From: Sulfurimonas sp.
GTDB lineage: Bacteria > Campylobacterota > Campylobacteria > Campylobacterales > Sulfurimonadaceae
Assembly (NCBI GenBank): GCA_027063505.1
Contig: JAMORO010000064.1
Span: 4,343-68,342, forward strand
Direction of reading: 5' to 3'
DNA length: 64,000 bases
Shown: in pieces, positions 49,787 to 59,744 of the stretch
How positions within the stretch are numbered: the first letter of the stretch is position 1
How the letters are laid out: each line of letters opens with the position of its first letter
Notes under the pieces: generated by a model
The model's database searches: none
Told to the model about the DNA's origin: nothing
What the model saw: only the letters and a program-made list of their open reading frames with translations
Made by a program: the position numbers and the translations under genes

Positions 49787-50578
49787 TTAAAGTAAAAAAC
49801 TTTTTTGCATAGCGTTTTTTATTTTTTCTTTAGCTAGGGTTTTATTCACAAAAAGTTCATTCGCTAAAACTCCTTGACCTAAGAGCATATCTGCACCATC
49901 TTTATAGATAAGGTTTCTTTTTTTCGCTTCTTTTAAAAAAGGTGTGAGTTTCCCATAAATTGCATCTGCAACATATGAGGTGTTGTTTAAGATAGTGTTT
50001 ATGATATCGAGAGGTGCTGGAAGCTCTTCATCTTTAAGTCCGGCACTTGTTGTGTTGACTACCAGGTCATAGTCTGTTTGTAAAAATGTTTGCCATGTGT
50101 AAGTAGTACAACCTATATTTTCAAAGTAATTAAGTCTACCTTCACTTCTATTGATAACATTCACTTCTATATGCTCTTGCAGAAAACGACTTGCAAGTGC
50201 TTTTGCTGTACCACCAGCTCCAAGAATAAGAATTTTTTTGATTTCTTGAAACTCTTTAATAGCATACATAAAGCCATCTGCATCTGTGTTATAGCCAATG
50301 AGTTTACCATTTTCGTTGATAAGAGTGTTTACAACACCTACAGTTTTTGCAAAACCTCTTACTTCATCGCAAGCATTAAAAGCTGCTTCTTTATGGGGAA
50401 CGGTAACATTCGCACCACTGAGACCTAGTTCAAAAAAAGTCTCTTTGAGTCTACTACCATCCTCTAAGTGAGTTCTTGTATAACAAGCATTGTAGTTACA
50501 GTTTTTAAAAACGCTATTATGCATAAGTGGAGAGCGTGAGTGTGAGACTGGATCCCCAAAAATAGAAAAGAGCTGCAT
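49787..50578 (-). CDS. aroE: Shikimate dehydrogenase
   Basis: SRSPLMH, NVTVPHK, GYNTD, GAGGTA. Confidence 0.96.
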   Translation of the reverse strand: MQLFSIFGDPVSHSRSPLMHNSVFKNCNYNACYTRTHLEDGSRLKETFFELGLSGANVTVPHKEAAFNACDEVRGFAKTVGVVNTLINENGKLIGYNTDADGFMYAIKEFQEIKKILILGAGGTAKALASRFLQEHIEVNVINRSEGRLNYFENIGCTTYTWQTFLQTDYDLVVNTTSAGLKDEELPAPLDIINTILNNTSYVADAIYGKLTPFLKEAKKRNLIYKDGADMLLGQGVLANELFVNKTLAKEKIKNAMQKSFLL

Positions 50579-50583
50579 ATCTA

Positions 50584-51993
50584 CTACTTTTTATCTAAAT
50601 CATGGAGAGAATGAATGAGTGCACCGAGTTTGTTCTCAACCTCTTGGTACTCTGACTCATTTACACTATCAGCTACTATTCCTGCACCTGCTTGAAGGAT
50701 GACTTTATCCTCTTTTACCATTGCTGTACGAATGGTAATTGCAGAGTCCATATTTCCATCAAAACCAAAGTAACCGATACTTCCACTATAAAAACCACGT
50801 TTAAGACCCTCATACTCTGCTATAAGCTCCATTGCTCGTATTTTAGGTGCACCTGTCATTGTTCCTGCTGTAAAAGTTGCCATAAAAAGGTCAAACATAT
50901 CTTTATCATCTGCAAGCTGAGCAACTACATCTGTAACGATATGCATAACATGGCTATAGCGTTCTATATGCATCATATCTTCTACTTTTACAGTTCCGGT
51001 TTTTGCAACACGACCGATGTCATTACGACCTAAATCTATAAGCATTAGATGTTCAGCAAGCTCTTTAGGATCAGCTAAAAGGTCAAGTTCTAGCTCATGA
51101 TCTTTCTCTTTTGTCTCACCCCGTTTACGCGTTCCAGCAATTGGGCGAAGGAGTAGTTCCCCATCATCTAGTCTTACCATAACTTCTGGTGAACTCCCTA
51201 CTATACTAAAATCTTCGTACTCCATTAAAAACATATAGGGAGAGGGGTTTTTTGCTCTTAAGATTCTGTAAAAACTAAAAGGATCCACTTTTATGTTTCT
51301 TGTAAAACGATTTGTCATAAGGATTTGAAATACATCACCACTCTTAATCATCTCTTTTGACTTCTCTATCATCTCAAAAAACTGCTCTTTAGAGTGTGCA
51401 AAACTTCCTTTATCACTACCGATATTATGCACTCTGTGTTGATAAGTGTATGAGCCTTTAAGGTCATCATGTATATTCATAAACTTCTCTTCATACTCTT
51501 TGAGTGTACTAATGAGAGTGATTTTATGGTCTTTATGTGCATAAACTAAAATCATTTTAGGAAGGATGAGGTCTAAGTCTGGTGTATTGAGTTCATCTTT
51601 GAGATGATCCATACTCGAACCTAGTTTTGGTTCAAATACTTTTACCATATCGTAACCTATATAGCCTATAAAACCATCAACATAACCGACTTTTAGTTTT
51701 TTAACAGCCTCTTTATAGAGTGCAGTATCTCTATTTTTGTAGTACTCTTTTAAAAATGTAAAAGGATTCTCATCTTTGAAATGTTTTTGGCCTTTGGCAT
51801 CTGTATAGATAGTCTGCTCATTTATGTACTGAAGGCGCTCTCTTGCACCAACACAGATAATACTGTAGTTCCCTTCACTCGCTCCCGCAGACTCAAAAAG
51901 GTAAGTTATCTCACCTTTAAACATGGATTTTAGTTTTGAGTAAACAGCAATAGGTGCAAGTTGGTCTAGTGTAAATTGTTTAGAGTGTATCAT
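50584..51993 (-). CDS. trpE: Anthranilate synthase component I
   Basis: LFES, NPSPYM, RPIAGT, EHLMLIDLGRND, TGAPKIRAME, QAGAGIV. Confidence 0.85.
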   Translation of the reverse strand: MIHSKQFTLDQLAPIAVYSKLKSMFKGEITYLFESAGASEGNYSIICVGARERLQYINEQTIYTDAKGQKHFKDENPFTFLKEYYKNRDTALYKEAVKKLKVGYVDGFIGYIGYDMVKVFEPKLGSSMDHLKDELNTPDLDLILPKMILVYAHKDHKITLISTLKEYEEKFMNIHDDLKGSYTYQHRVHNIGSDKGSFAHSKEQFFEMIEKSKEMIKSGDVFQILMTNRFTRNIKVDPFSFYRILRAKNPSPYMFLMEYEDFSIVGSSPEVMVRLDDGELLLRPIAGTRKRGETKEKDHELELDLLADPKELAEHLMLIDLGRNDIGRVAKTGTVKVEDMMHIERYSHVMHIVTDVVAQLADDKDMFDLFMATFTAGTMTGAPKIRAMELIAEYEGLKRGFYSGSIGYFGFDGNMDSAITIRTAMVKEDKVILQAGAGIVADSVNESEYQEVENKLGALIHSLHDLDKK

Positions 51994-51996
51994 AGA

Positions 51997-52662
51997 TTAT
52001 AGCTTTACTAAAAATGCACCCGGTTCTACTTTTGATCTCAGAGTACGTTTTGCATTGTTTGCTTCTTCTCTTGTTTTAAATGGACCAACAAGAACTTTGT
52101 TTAGGTTTTTAATTTTATGGTATTTGTAGTTATATCCTAAAGATGTAATAGAATGTAAGAATTTTTTATTTGGTTCATATTTTGAAAAACTTCCAACTTG
52201 AATATAGTAAGATCCCGTTGCTACTGCTTGTTTTTGAGTATGTTTCTTTGGAGTCTGTTTTTTTGCTACAACAGCTCTTTTTACAACTTTCTTTGTTTGT
52301 ACTTTTTGAGGAGCCACTACTACAGTTTCTTGAGTGATAATCTCCTCTTGCATACTCTCTTGTTTAAGTTTTTGAGCTATTTTATCAAGGTCTGAGTCAC
52401 TGCTGCTCTCCTCTTCAACTACTTCAATCTCTTCAAAAAGAGGTTCCTCTTCAACTTGATTCGCAAGTTGTGACTGTGGTTCAGGAGGGAGTACTGCTTG
52501 TGGAAGATTATCTGTTCCACTAGAGCTTAAAGAGTTCATTAGCATTACTACTATGATGAGTATAACACCAAGTGTAGCAACTGCTAAAATAATCTTTTTA
52601 TTGGAATTTGTAGATCCACCCTTGTTGAGTATAATATCATTTAGTTCATTCTTTTCATTCAT
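51997..52662 (-). CDS. SPOR-domain membrane protein (FtsN/DedD-like)
   Basis: TM, Glu/Lys-rich linker, YYIQVGSF...VLVGPF. Confidence 0.88.
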   Translation of the reverse strand: MNEKNELNDIILNKGGSTNSNKKIILAVATLGVILIIVVMLMNSLSSSGTDNLPQAVLPPEPQSQLANQVEEEPLFEEIEVVEEESSSDSDLDKIAQKLKQESMQEEIITQETVVVAPQKVQTKKVVKRAVVAKKQTPKKHTQKQAVATGSYYIQVGSFSKYEPNKKFLHSITSLGYNYKYHKIKNLNKVLVGPFKTREEANNAKRTLRSKVEPGAFLVKL

Positions 52663-52791
52663 AATTTTCCCCTACTGTTTATTTTAGTATCATAACTAAA
52701 AAAGTATAAATTTTTATACCTTTGGAGTTAGGATGTTTTTTAAGAGATGCTTGGCAGTCTATGCCTCACATATTTTCTTTAATTTTAACCT

Positions 52792-52815
52792 AAAAATGCC
52801 AAAAAAATTGGCATT
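52792..52815 (-). terminator. Probable intrinsic terminator after the DUF1882 gene
   Basis: AATGCCAA-N5-TTGGCATT stem (52795-52815) followed by TTT on the minus strand. Confidence 0.55.
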
Positions 52816-53356
52816 ACATGTGTTTTGACCAAGATGCTCCACGCTCTTTTGCATACACTTCATATGGAAGAGTGAGTATATTATATTCATCTGGCATATC
52901 AGCATTTGGAAACATTCTCCACTGTTTTGGTTGCTTTGCAGCTAGTTTCATACTTATCATTTTACCAAGTTGGATAGCCTCTTGCAAAGTTGTGTGTCCT
53001 TTATGGATGTAAACATGAAGATGACCATCTGTTTTTGTCTTATATGCTGTAAAGTTTATGTAACCCTCTTCACGAAGAAGAAGTTGTGTTTTATGGTAAA
53101 AACGTTCAGGGTCTCTACCATTATAATCTATAACAATATTCTCAACTTTATTATGTTTATTAACAAGTGAATGGGCAACTGTTATGTCCCCTTTTATATG
53201 TTGGTTAATAATAGACTGACTTAAAGTGGCATTTATTTTTTCAAACTTGTTGTAAAAAGTACGCCCTTTAAAGGAGAGTTTATGGACTACGGTATCACGC
53301 TTAATCCAGTAGTGGTCACTCACCATTTTAATAAGTTTTAGATCCATAGAAGTCAA
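52814..53356 (-). CDS. DUF1882-family protein (primase-polymerase-like fold)
   Basis: MDLKLIKM, VIDYNG, TKTDGHLHVY, LTLPY; located after glyA as in Campylobacter. Confidence 0.8.
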   Translation of the reverse strand: MTSMDLKLIKMVSDHYWIKRDTVVHKLSFKGRTFYNKFEKINATLSQSIINQHIKGDITVAHSLVNKHNKVENIVIDYNGRDPERFYHKTQLLLREEGYINFTAYKTKTDGHLHVYIHKGHTTLQEAIQLGKMISMKLAAKQPKQWRMFPNADMPDEYNILTLPYEVYAKERGASWSKHM

Positions 53357-53375
53357 GATAATCCCCTTTTTTGTA

Positions 53376-54623
53376 CTAGTAAGTTGGTTGGTTATAGATT
53401 ACAAAGTTTTGAGCAAGCTCTTTTAACTCTGCTTTAATAGTCGCTTGAAGCTCAGTGTTGTTAATGTCATCTAAAACATCAGCCATTCTGTTGGCAATTA
53501 ATTCAAACTCTTTCTCTTTCATACCACGAGAAGTTAAAGCAGCTGAACCAACACGAATACCTGAAGTTACAAATGGACTTCTTGTCTCACCTGGAACAGT
53601 GTTCTTGTTAATAGTTATACCTGCATTTCCAAGAGCTGCATCAGCATCTTTACCAGAAATCTCAGTACCTACAAAAGATACAAGGATTAGGTGGTTATCT
53701 GTTCCACCTGAAACTACATCATAACCACGTTTAACCATTACTTCTCCAAGTATTTTAGCATTTGCTTTTACTTGTTTTGCATAGTCTTTCCACTCTGGGC
53801 TTAGATTGTATTTGAAACCAACAGCTTTTGCAGCGATAACATGAACAAGTGGTCCACCTTGAAGTGCTGGGAAGATAGCAGAGTTTAATTTCTTTGCTAA
53901 ATCTTCATCATTAGTCATAATCATACCACCACGAGGTCCTGCAAGAGTCTTGTGTGTAGTAGTAGTTACAACATCAGCATAAGGGAATGGGCTAGGGTGC
54001 TCACCAGCTGCAACTAAACCAGCGATGTGTGCGATATCAGCAAAAAGAATTGCACCAACTGCATCAGCAATCTCACGGAATTTTTTGAAATCAATTTCAC
54101 GAGCATAAGCAGAAGCACCACAAACGATGATTTTAGGCTTAACAATTTGAGCGATGTCCATAACTCTATCGTAGTTAATTCTACCGTCTAACTCAACACC
54201 ATAGTAAAATGGAGAGTAGTTTTTACCAGAAAAAGATGGTTTAGAACCGTGTGTTAAGTGTCCACCATGGCTTAAATCCATACCTAAAATTTTATCACCA
54301 GCTTTAAGAAGTGCTGCATAAACTGCACCATTTGCTTGGCTTCCTGAGTGTGGTTGTACATTTGCAAAGTTACATCCAAAAAGTTCACAAGCTCTATCGA
54401 TAGCTAACTGCTCAACACCATCAGCATACTCACAACCACCATAGTAGCGTTTTTTAGGATAACCCTCTGCATACTTGTTAGTAAATACAGAACCCATAGC
54501 TTCCATTACTGCTGGAAGTGTAAAGTTCTCAGATGCAATCATCTCTAAGTGGTCAGTTTGACGCTCTAACTCTTTTTCACATAAATCAAATATTTCACTA
54601 TCATACTCTTTTAAAAAACTCAT
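53376..54623 (-). CDS. glyA: Serine hydroxymethyltransferase
   Basis: [30 protein letters not shown]. Confidence 0.99.
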   Translation of the reverse strand: MSFLKEYDSEIFDLCEKELERQTDHLEMIASENFTLPAVMEAMGSVFTNKYAEGYPKKRYYGGCEYADGVEQLAIDRACELFGCNFANVQPHSGSQANGAVYAALLKAGDKILGMDLSHGGHLTHGSKPSFSGKNYSPFYYGVELDGRINYDRVMDIAQIVKPKIIVCGASAYAREIDFKKFREIADAVGAILFADIAHIAGLVAAGEHPSPFPYADVVTTTTHKTLAGPRGGMIMTNDEDLAKKLNSAIFPALQGGPLVHVIAAKAVGFKYNLSPEWKDYAKQVKANAKILGEVMVKRGYDVVSGGTDNHLILVSFVGTEISGKDADAALGNAGITINKNTVPGETRSPFVTSGIRVGSAALTSRGMKEKEFELIANRMADVLDDINNTELQATIKAELKELAQNFVIYNQPTY

Positions 54624-54625
54624 TC

Positions 54626-56146
54626 TTAATTCTCCTCATCTTGTGTAGTTTGTTCTTCGTTACTTACTGGTTTCATTGCTGGAAATAATAGCACATCTCT
54701 GATTGAATGTTCATTAGTTAAAAGCATAACTAGTCTATCTATACCTATACCTTGACCCGCTGTTGGAGCCATACCATAGCTCAGTGCTTCAACAAAGTCA
54801 CTATCCATTTCATGTGCTTCATCATCACCACAATCTTTAGCTTCCATTTGACCTTCAAAACGTGAAAGTTGGTCTATCGGATCATTTAACTCTGAGAATG
54901 CATTTGCTATCTCACGACCAGCTATAAAAAGCTCAAAACGCTCAGTAATTGCTGGATTTTCATCACTTCTACGAGCAAGTGGAGAGATCTCAACTGGATA
55001 CTCAGTAATGAAAGTAGGGTCTATTAGTTTTTCTTCAACGAACTCATCAAAAAGTTCACCTTGAAGTTGCCCAAAATTCATTCCTGGTTTAACAGAGATG
55101 TTTTTAGATTTTAAGTAAGCGATTATAGACTCTTTATCGTTACAAGATTCTGCAGGAACACCACCAATAGTAGTGAGTGACTCAATAAGTGGGATCTCTT
55201 GAAAGTTTTCAAAGTTTACTTCCATATCTCCATAAGGAAGAACAGTTGGAAGGTCTAAGTGCTCAAAAAGGTACTGAAAGTACTCTTTTGTAATGTCGAT
55301 TAAATCTTTGTAAGTTTTGTAAGCCCAGTAGAACTCAATAGATGTAAACTCAGGATTGTGAGTTGCATCCATACCTTCATTTCTAAAGTTACGGTTGATT
55401 TCAAAAACTGCCTCAAATCCACCAACGATTAAACGTTTAAGATATAACTCTGGAGCAATTCTTAAAAATCTATCAATTCCAAGTGCATTATGATGAGTTA
55501 CAAATGGTTTAGCATTTGCTCCACCAGCAATTGGGTGCATCATTGGCGTTTCAACTTCTAAGAAACCCTTGTCTTCGAAGAAACGACGAGTAAGGCTAAT
55601 AACTTTTGAGCGTGTTTGAAAAGTTTTACGTACTTCAGCATTCATAATTAAATCTAAGTAGCGTTTACGGTAACGAATCTCTTTATCTGTAATTCCGTGA
55701 AATTTTTCAGGAAGAGGACTAATTGCTTTTGTTAGTATACTCAGACTATCAGCATGAAGTGAAAGCTCTCCTTTACCAGTTACAAATGGGTATCCACCAA
55801 CCTCGATGATATCTCCAACTTCAATATTCTTTTTAAACATAGTGTTGTAAAAATCTTTAGGTAGATTATCACGAGCTACATAAATTTGTAGCATTCCAGA
55901 CTCATCTTCTATTTTAACAAAAGATGCTTTTCCCATAATACGTAGAAGTTTAATACGACCACTTACTATATAGTGACGTTTCTCATCACGTTTTTCTTCC
56001 ATATCAACTACATCTGAGTTTACATTTAAGTACTTCTCTACAGTAGTGTTCCGTTTTGAATCGTTTGAGTATGGATTGTGTCCAGCCTCTTTTAGTAGTT
56101 TTGCTTTTTCTATTCTTTGTTGAATAAATTTATTTTCAAAAATCAA
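54626..56146 (-). CDS. lysS: Lysine-tRNA ligase (class II)
   Basis: [26 protein letters not shown]. Start moved to the TTG at 56146, which has a GAAGGA ribosome-binding site. Confidence 0.98.
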   Translation of the reverse strand: MIFENKFIQQRIEKAKLLKEAGHNPYSNDSKRNTTVEKYLNVNSDVVDMEEKRDEKRHYIVSGRIKLLRIMGKASFVKIEDESGMLQIYVARDNLPKDFYNTMFKKNIEVGDIIEVGGYPFVTGKGELSLHADSLSILTKAISPLPEKFHGITDKEIRYRKRYLDLIMNAEVRKTFQTRSKVISLTRRFFEDKGFLEVETPMMHPIAGGANAKPFVTHHNALGIDRFLRIAPELYLKRLIVGGFEAVFEINRNFRNEGMDATHNPEFTSIEFYWAYKTYKDLIDITKEYFQYLFEHLDLPTVLPYGDMEVNFENFQEIPLIESLTTIGGVPAESCNDKESIIAYLKSKNISVKPGMNFGQLQGELFDEFVEEKLIDPTFITEYPVEISPLARRSDENPAITERFELFIAGREIANAFSELNDPIDQLSRFEGQMEAKDCGDDEAHEMDSDFVEALSYGMAPTAGQGIGIDRLVMLLTNEHSIRDVLLFPAMKPVSNEEQTTQDEEN

Positions 56147-56174
56147 TAATTTTCCTTCGTTAAATTTAGTAGTT

Positions 56175-56651
56175 TTAGTTGTTTTGGCACTCTGCACAGA
56201 TACCATAGATCTGCATAGAATGGTCACTCATTTTAAAGCCAAGCTCTTCAGTTATAGAGTGTTGACGTCGCTCAATTTCAGCATCTACAAACTCTGTTAT
56301 TTTACCACACTCAGTACAGATAAGATGGTCATGATGCTCTTTTGCTCCTAACTCATATTTCTTACCCTGTGCACCAAAAGAGAGTGAGGTAACAACATTT
56401 GACTCCTCTAGAAGCGCTAAAGTTCTATATACTGTTGCTATTCCTGTTTTTAGGTCAGGCTGCTTATCTTGGATAAGATGATGTAAGCCTTCTGGTGTTA
56501 AATGCTCATCAGAGTTATAAAGTGTCTCTAAAATCACTTCACGTTGGATAGTGAATTTTAAATTATTCTTTTTTAAAAGAAGTTTGAAATCATTTAAAAG
56601 TTGTTCATACTCTATAGTTCTATCATTAAAGTTTGTGTTTACATTACTCAT
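56175..56651 (-). CDS. fur: Ferric uptake regulator family protein
   Basis: [29 protein letters not shown]; cvpA-fur-lysS-glyA order as in C. jejuni. Confidence 0.93.
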   Translation of the reverse strand: MSNVNTNFNDRTIEYEQLLNDFKLLLKKNNLKFTIQREVILETLYNSDEHLTPEGLHHLIQDKQPDLKTGIATVYRTLALLEESNVVTSLSFGAQGKKYELGAKEHHDHLICTECGKITEFVDAEIERRQHSITEELGFKMSDHSMQIYGICAECQNN

Positions 56652-57294
56652 TTGTTTTCTCTTTTAGTTGTTTATTTATCTGTTCACTTAACTGTTTTTT
56701 TACTTTTTCTATCTCTTCTTTAGAAGAAGTTTTGACAAGCTCTTCTGTTTTTACTTTGAGTGCTTCACTTCCTTTGGAGATAGTAGTATTGATATCTTCA
56801 CTTATACTGACAGGATCTATCTTCATGATAAAGGCACCAGTTTCAACCATAATAGGGAAAAGAACACTTGTTTTCATAGTAGAGTCAAGAGTCGTTTTCA
56901 CTGCTTTTATACTATATGCAGCATGTGCTATAACAGCGGCGATAAGAAAAAATTTACTTGCACCAAATACAAACCCTAAAATCTTATCTATTGGACCGAG
57001 TCCACTCATAATACTTAGTTTTTTAAAGGCATAACCTATAAGAATCATTAGAAACCAAAAAATTGCTAAAGTAGTAAGAAACCCCATAAAACTAACGGCT
57101 GATGGTGAAGAGAAGTTGAAGATAAGAGTGTTGAGATACTCTCCAACACCATCACCAAAACGTGAAGCTATAAAGAGACCACCTACAATTCCAATAAGAC
57201 CAAAAACTTCTTTAAAGAAGCCGTTTAAAATACCTTTAAGCCCAAGTAATAAGATAATTACAGCAGCGACTAAGTCAAAATAATTAATTTCCAT
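56644..57294 (-). CDS. cvpA: CvpA-family membrane protein
   Basis: GILNGFFKEVFGL, IDKILGFVFG. Confidence 0.9.
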   Translation of the reverse strand: MEINYFDLVAAVIILLLGLKGILNGFFKEVFGLIGIVGGLFIASRFGDGVGEYLNTLIFNFSSPSAVSFMGFLTTLAIFWFLMILIGYAFKKLSIMSGLGPIDKILGFVFGASKFFLIAAVIAHAAYSIKAVKTTLDSTMKTSVLFPIMVETGAFIMKIDPVSISEDINTTISKGSEALKVKTEELVKTSSKEEIEKVKKQLSEQINKQLKEKTNE

Positions 57295-58210
57295 CTGTTA
57301 TAACCTCTGAGCTCATTCTATTTTTTCCAGCCTTTTTTGATCTGTAGAGTGCTTTATCTGCTCGAGCAATAATATCATCAGGTGTATCGCCCTGATAGTA
57401 TTTTGTAGCACCTATACTCATAGTTACATTGAGTGTTTTGCCTTTATATATAAGTTGATTAGAACTTATAAGTTTAAGGAGTCTCTGTGTTACTTTCTCA
57501 CATGTTTCTTTATCTATTCTATTGAGGATAATGATAAACTCCTCCCCTCCATATCTAAATATTTTATCACCATCACGAAGTGTTCTTCGTAAAATATTTG
57601 CAATAAAAATTAAAATTTTATCTCCAGCAATATGTCCATATGTATCATTAACAACTTTAAAATCATCAATATCTAAAATTAATAGGTGGAGTTCATATGC
57701 AATCTCTTTCTTTGAACATATTTTATCAAGATAACTTGTAAGTGCACGTCTATTAAACACTTTTGTTAAGGCATCAAGGTTTGAGTTGCGTTCTAACTCT
57801 TTTACCTGAGTAGAAAGATCAGTAATGATATTGTTTGCTCTTTCTACTTCTGTAGACATCTGCTCTTGAATTAGGTTGAATTTCTCTCTAATTTCAGGAA
57901 AGTTAATATGGATTTCAGAACACTCAGCTACAGTCTCTTGGTGAACTTTAGCTAACTCTTCAAAAACATCATTTGTGTCTTTGTAAGAAGAGAGGGTCGT
58001 AGTAGCAACATCTTTAAAGGCATTCGTAAATGCTAGTTTTGCATGCTCTGTAGAATCAAGCTTATTCTCTTCTAAACTCGCAATTGTATTCGCTGAGTCT
58101 TGAAGAAATGTTACTACTTGGTCTTTTGTAGCATCTTTTTGCATATCAATATTGCTTAATAGCTCTTCGTACATCTGTGTAACGAGAGATTTTAGATCTT
58201 CTTTTCGCAT
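57284..58210 (-). CDS. Cytoplasmic diguanylate cyclase (helical N-terminus plus GGDEF)
   Basis: DALTKVFNRR, DIDDFKVVND, RDGD I-site, GGEEF. Confidence 0.92.
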   Translation of the reverse strand: MRKEDLKSLVTQMYEELLSNIDMQKDATKDQVVTFLQDSANTIASLEENKLDSTEHAKLAFTNAFKDVATTTLSSYKDTNDVFEELAKVHQETVAECSEIHINFPEIREKFNLIQEQMSTEVERANNIITDLSTQVKELERNSNLDALTKVFNRRALTSYLDKICSKKEIAYELHLLILDIDDFKVVNDTYGHIAGDKILIFIANILRRTLRDGDKIFRYGGEEFIIILNRIDKETCEKVTQRLLKLISSNQLIYKGKTLNVTMSIGATKYYQGDTPDDIIARADKALYRSKKAGKNRMSSEVITDGN

Positions 58211-58361
58211 TCAAGTTCCCATGCTGTAAAATTACGTAATTATACTGTTTTAAGCATAAATAAAACTTTTATATTAACTTTGTGTGAAATCAGAGATATG
58301 TAATAACACTTTTAGCTATTTTTAGATAAAATCCTGCAAAATTATATATTAAGGTATTATT

Positions 58362-59726
58362 ATGAGTACATGGAGCCCCCAAAGTTGGAGAGAAAAACCG
58401 ATTTTACAACAACCAACTTATCCAGATCAAGTAGCATTAAAGAGAGTTTTAGCAGAACTTAAAAACTATCCGCCACTTGTATTTGCTGGAGAAGCTCGTT
58501 CACTAAAAGCACAGCTTGCTAATGTTGCAAATGGGAATGCTTTTTTACTTCAAGGTGGAGATTGTGCTGAGAGTTTTAGCGAATTTCATGCTGATAATAT
58601 TCGCGATACTTTTAAAGCTATGATGCAGATGGCAGTAGTTATGACTTACTCGGGTGGTCTTCCTGTTGTTAAAGTTGGACGAATGGCTGGGCAGTTTGCT
58701 AAACCTCGTTCAAGTGATACTGAAACATTTGATGGTGTAGAGCTTGCTTCATACCGAGGAGATATCATAAACGGTACTGAGTTTACTGCTGCAGCACGTA
58801 TTCCAGATCCTGAGCGTATGATTAAAGCTTATAATCAAGCATCAGCTACTCAAAACTTACTTCGTGCTTTTGCATCAGGTGGTTTAGCAGATTTACACCA
58901 AGTACATAAATGGACACTTGATTTTGCACATCAAGGTGAAGTAAGTAAAAAATATGAAGAGATGGCTGAAGAGATTGAAAAATCTTTACAGTTTATGGAA
59001 GCTTGTGGTGTTACATCTAAAACATATAGAACACTAAGAGAGACTGATTTTTATACTTCACATGAAGCTCTTTTACTTCCATATGAAGAGGCATTTACTC
59101 GTAAAGACTCTATAACTGGTGAGTGGTATGATACATCTGCACACATGTTATGGATAGGAGATCGTACTCGTCAACTTGATGGTGCGCATGTTGAGTATCT
59201 TAAAGGTGTGAAAAACCCTATTGGTGTGAAAGCTGGTCCATCTATGGATCCTGAAGATTTAGTAAGATTATGTGCTGAGCTTAACCCAGAAAATGAAGCA
59301 GGTCGCCTAAATGTTATCGTTCGTATGGGTGCTGGAAAAGTTGGTGGGGATAAGGAAAATGGTGGTATGCCAGCACTTATCAAAGCTATAGAAAAAGAGG
59401 GAATGAAAGTAGTATGGTCATGTGATCCTATGCATGGTAATACTATCAAATCTTCTAACAACTATAAAACTCGTCCAGTAGATAATATTTTAACTGAGAT
59501 GAAAGAGTTTTTCCAGATTCATAAAGCAGAGGGAACTCATGCAGGTGGTGTTCACTTAGAGATGACTGGTAAAAATGTTACTGAGTGTATCGGTGGTAGT
59601 TTTACTGTAACTGAAGAGGATTTATCTTCTCGTTACCATACTCACTGTGATCCTCGTTTAAATGCTGATCAATCTTTAGAACTTGCATTTTTAATTGCAG
59701 ACTCACTCAAAGAAGCTAGAAAGTAA
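58362..59726 (+). CDS. aroF: Class II DAHP synthase
   Basis: LPPL-like [45 protein letters not shown]. Confidence 0.95.
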   Translation: MSTWSPQSWREKPILQQPTYPDQVALKRVLAELKNYPPLVFAGEARSLKAQLANVANGNAFLLQGGDCAESFSEFHADNIRDTFKAMMQMAVVMTYSGGLPVVKVGRMAGQFAKPRSSDTETFDGVELASYRGDIINGTEFTAAARIPDPERMIKAYNQASATQNLLRAFASGGLADLHQVHKWTLDFAHQGEVSKKYEEMAEEIEKSLQFMEACGVTSKTYRTLRETDFYTSHEALLLPYEEAFTRKDSITGEWYDTSAHMLWIGDRTRQLDGAHVEYLKGVKNPIGVKAGPSMDPEDLVRLCAELNPENEAGRLNVIVRMGAGKVGGDKENGGMPALIKAIEKEGMKVVWSCDPMHGNTIKSSNNYKTRPVDNILTEMKEFFQIHKAEGTHAGGVHLEMTGKNVTECIGGSFTVTEEDLSSRYHTHCDPRLNADQSLELAFLIADSLKEARK

Positions 59727-59744
59727 ATACTCACAGAGTATTTA
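59724..59744. terminator. Hairpin spanning both convergent stop codons (aroF and uup)
   Basis: TAAATACTC-ACA-GAGTATTTA: 9-bp stem, 3-nt loop. Confidence 0.45.

Noticed and set aside
52752-52765. Sigma54-like TGGCA...TGC motif
   Set aside because: GG-to-GC spacing is 8 nt rather than 10, and it points away from the nearest start.
56147-56227. N-terminal extension of the lysS ORF overlapping fur
   Set aside because: The TTG at 56146 has a GAAGGA ribosome-binding site and gives a normal LysS start.
58230-58241. 12-bp palindrome AATTACGTAATT between the GGDEF gene and aroF
   Set aside because: Short and AT-rich; not distinguishable from background without conservation data.
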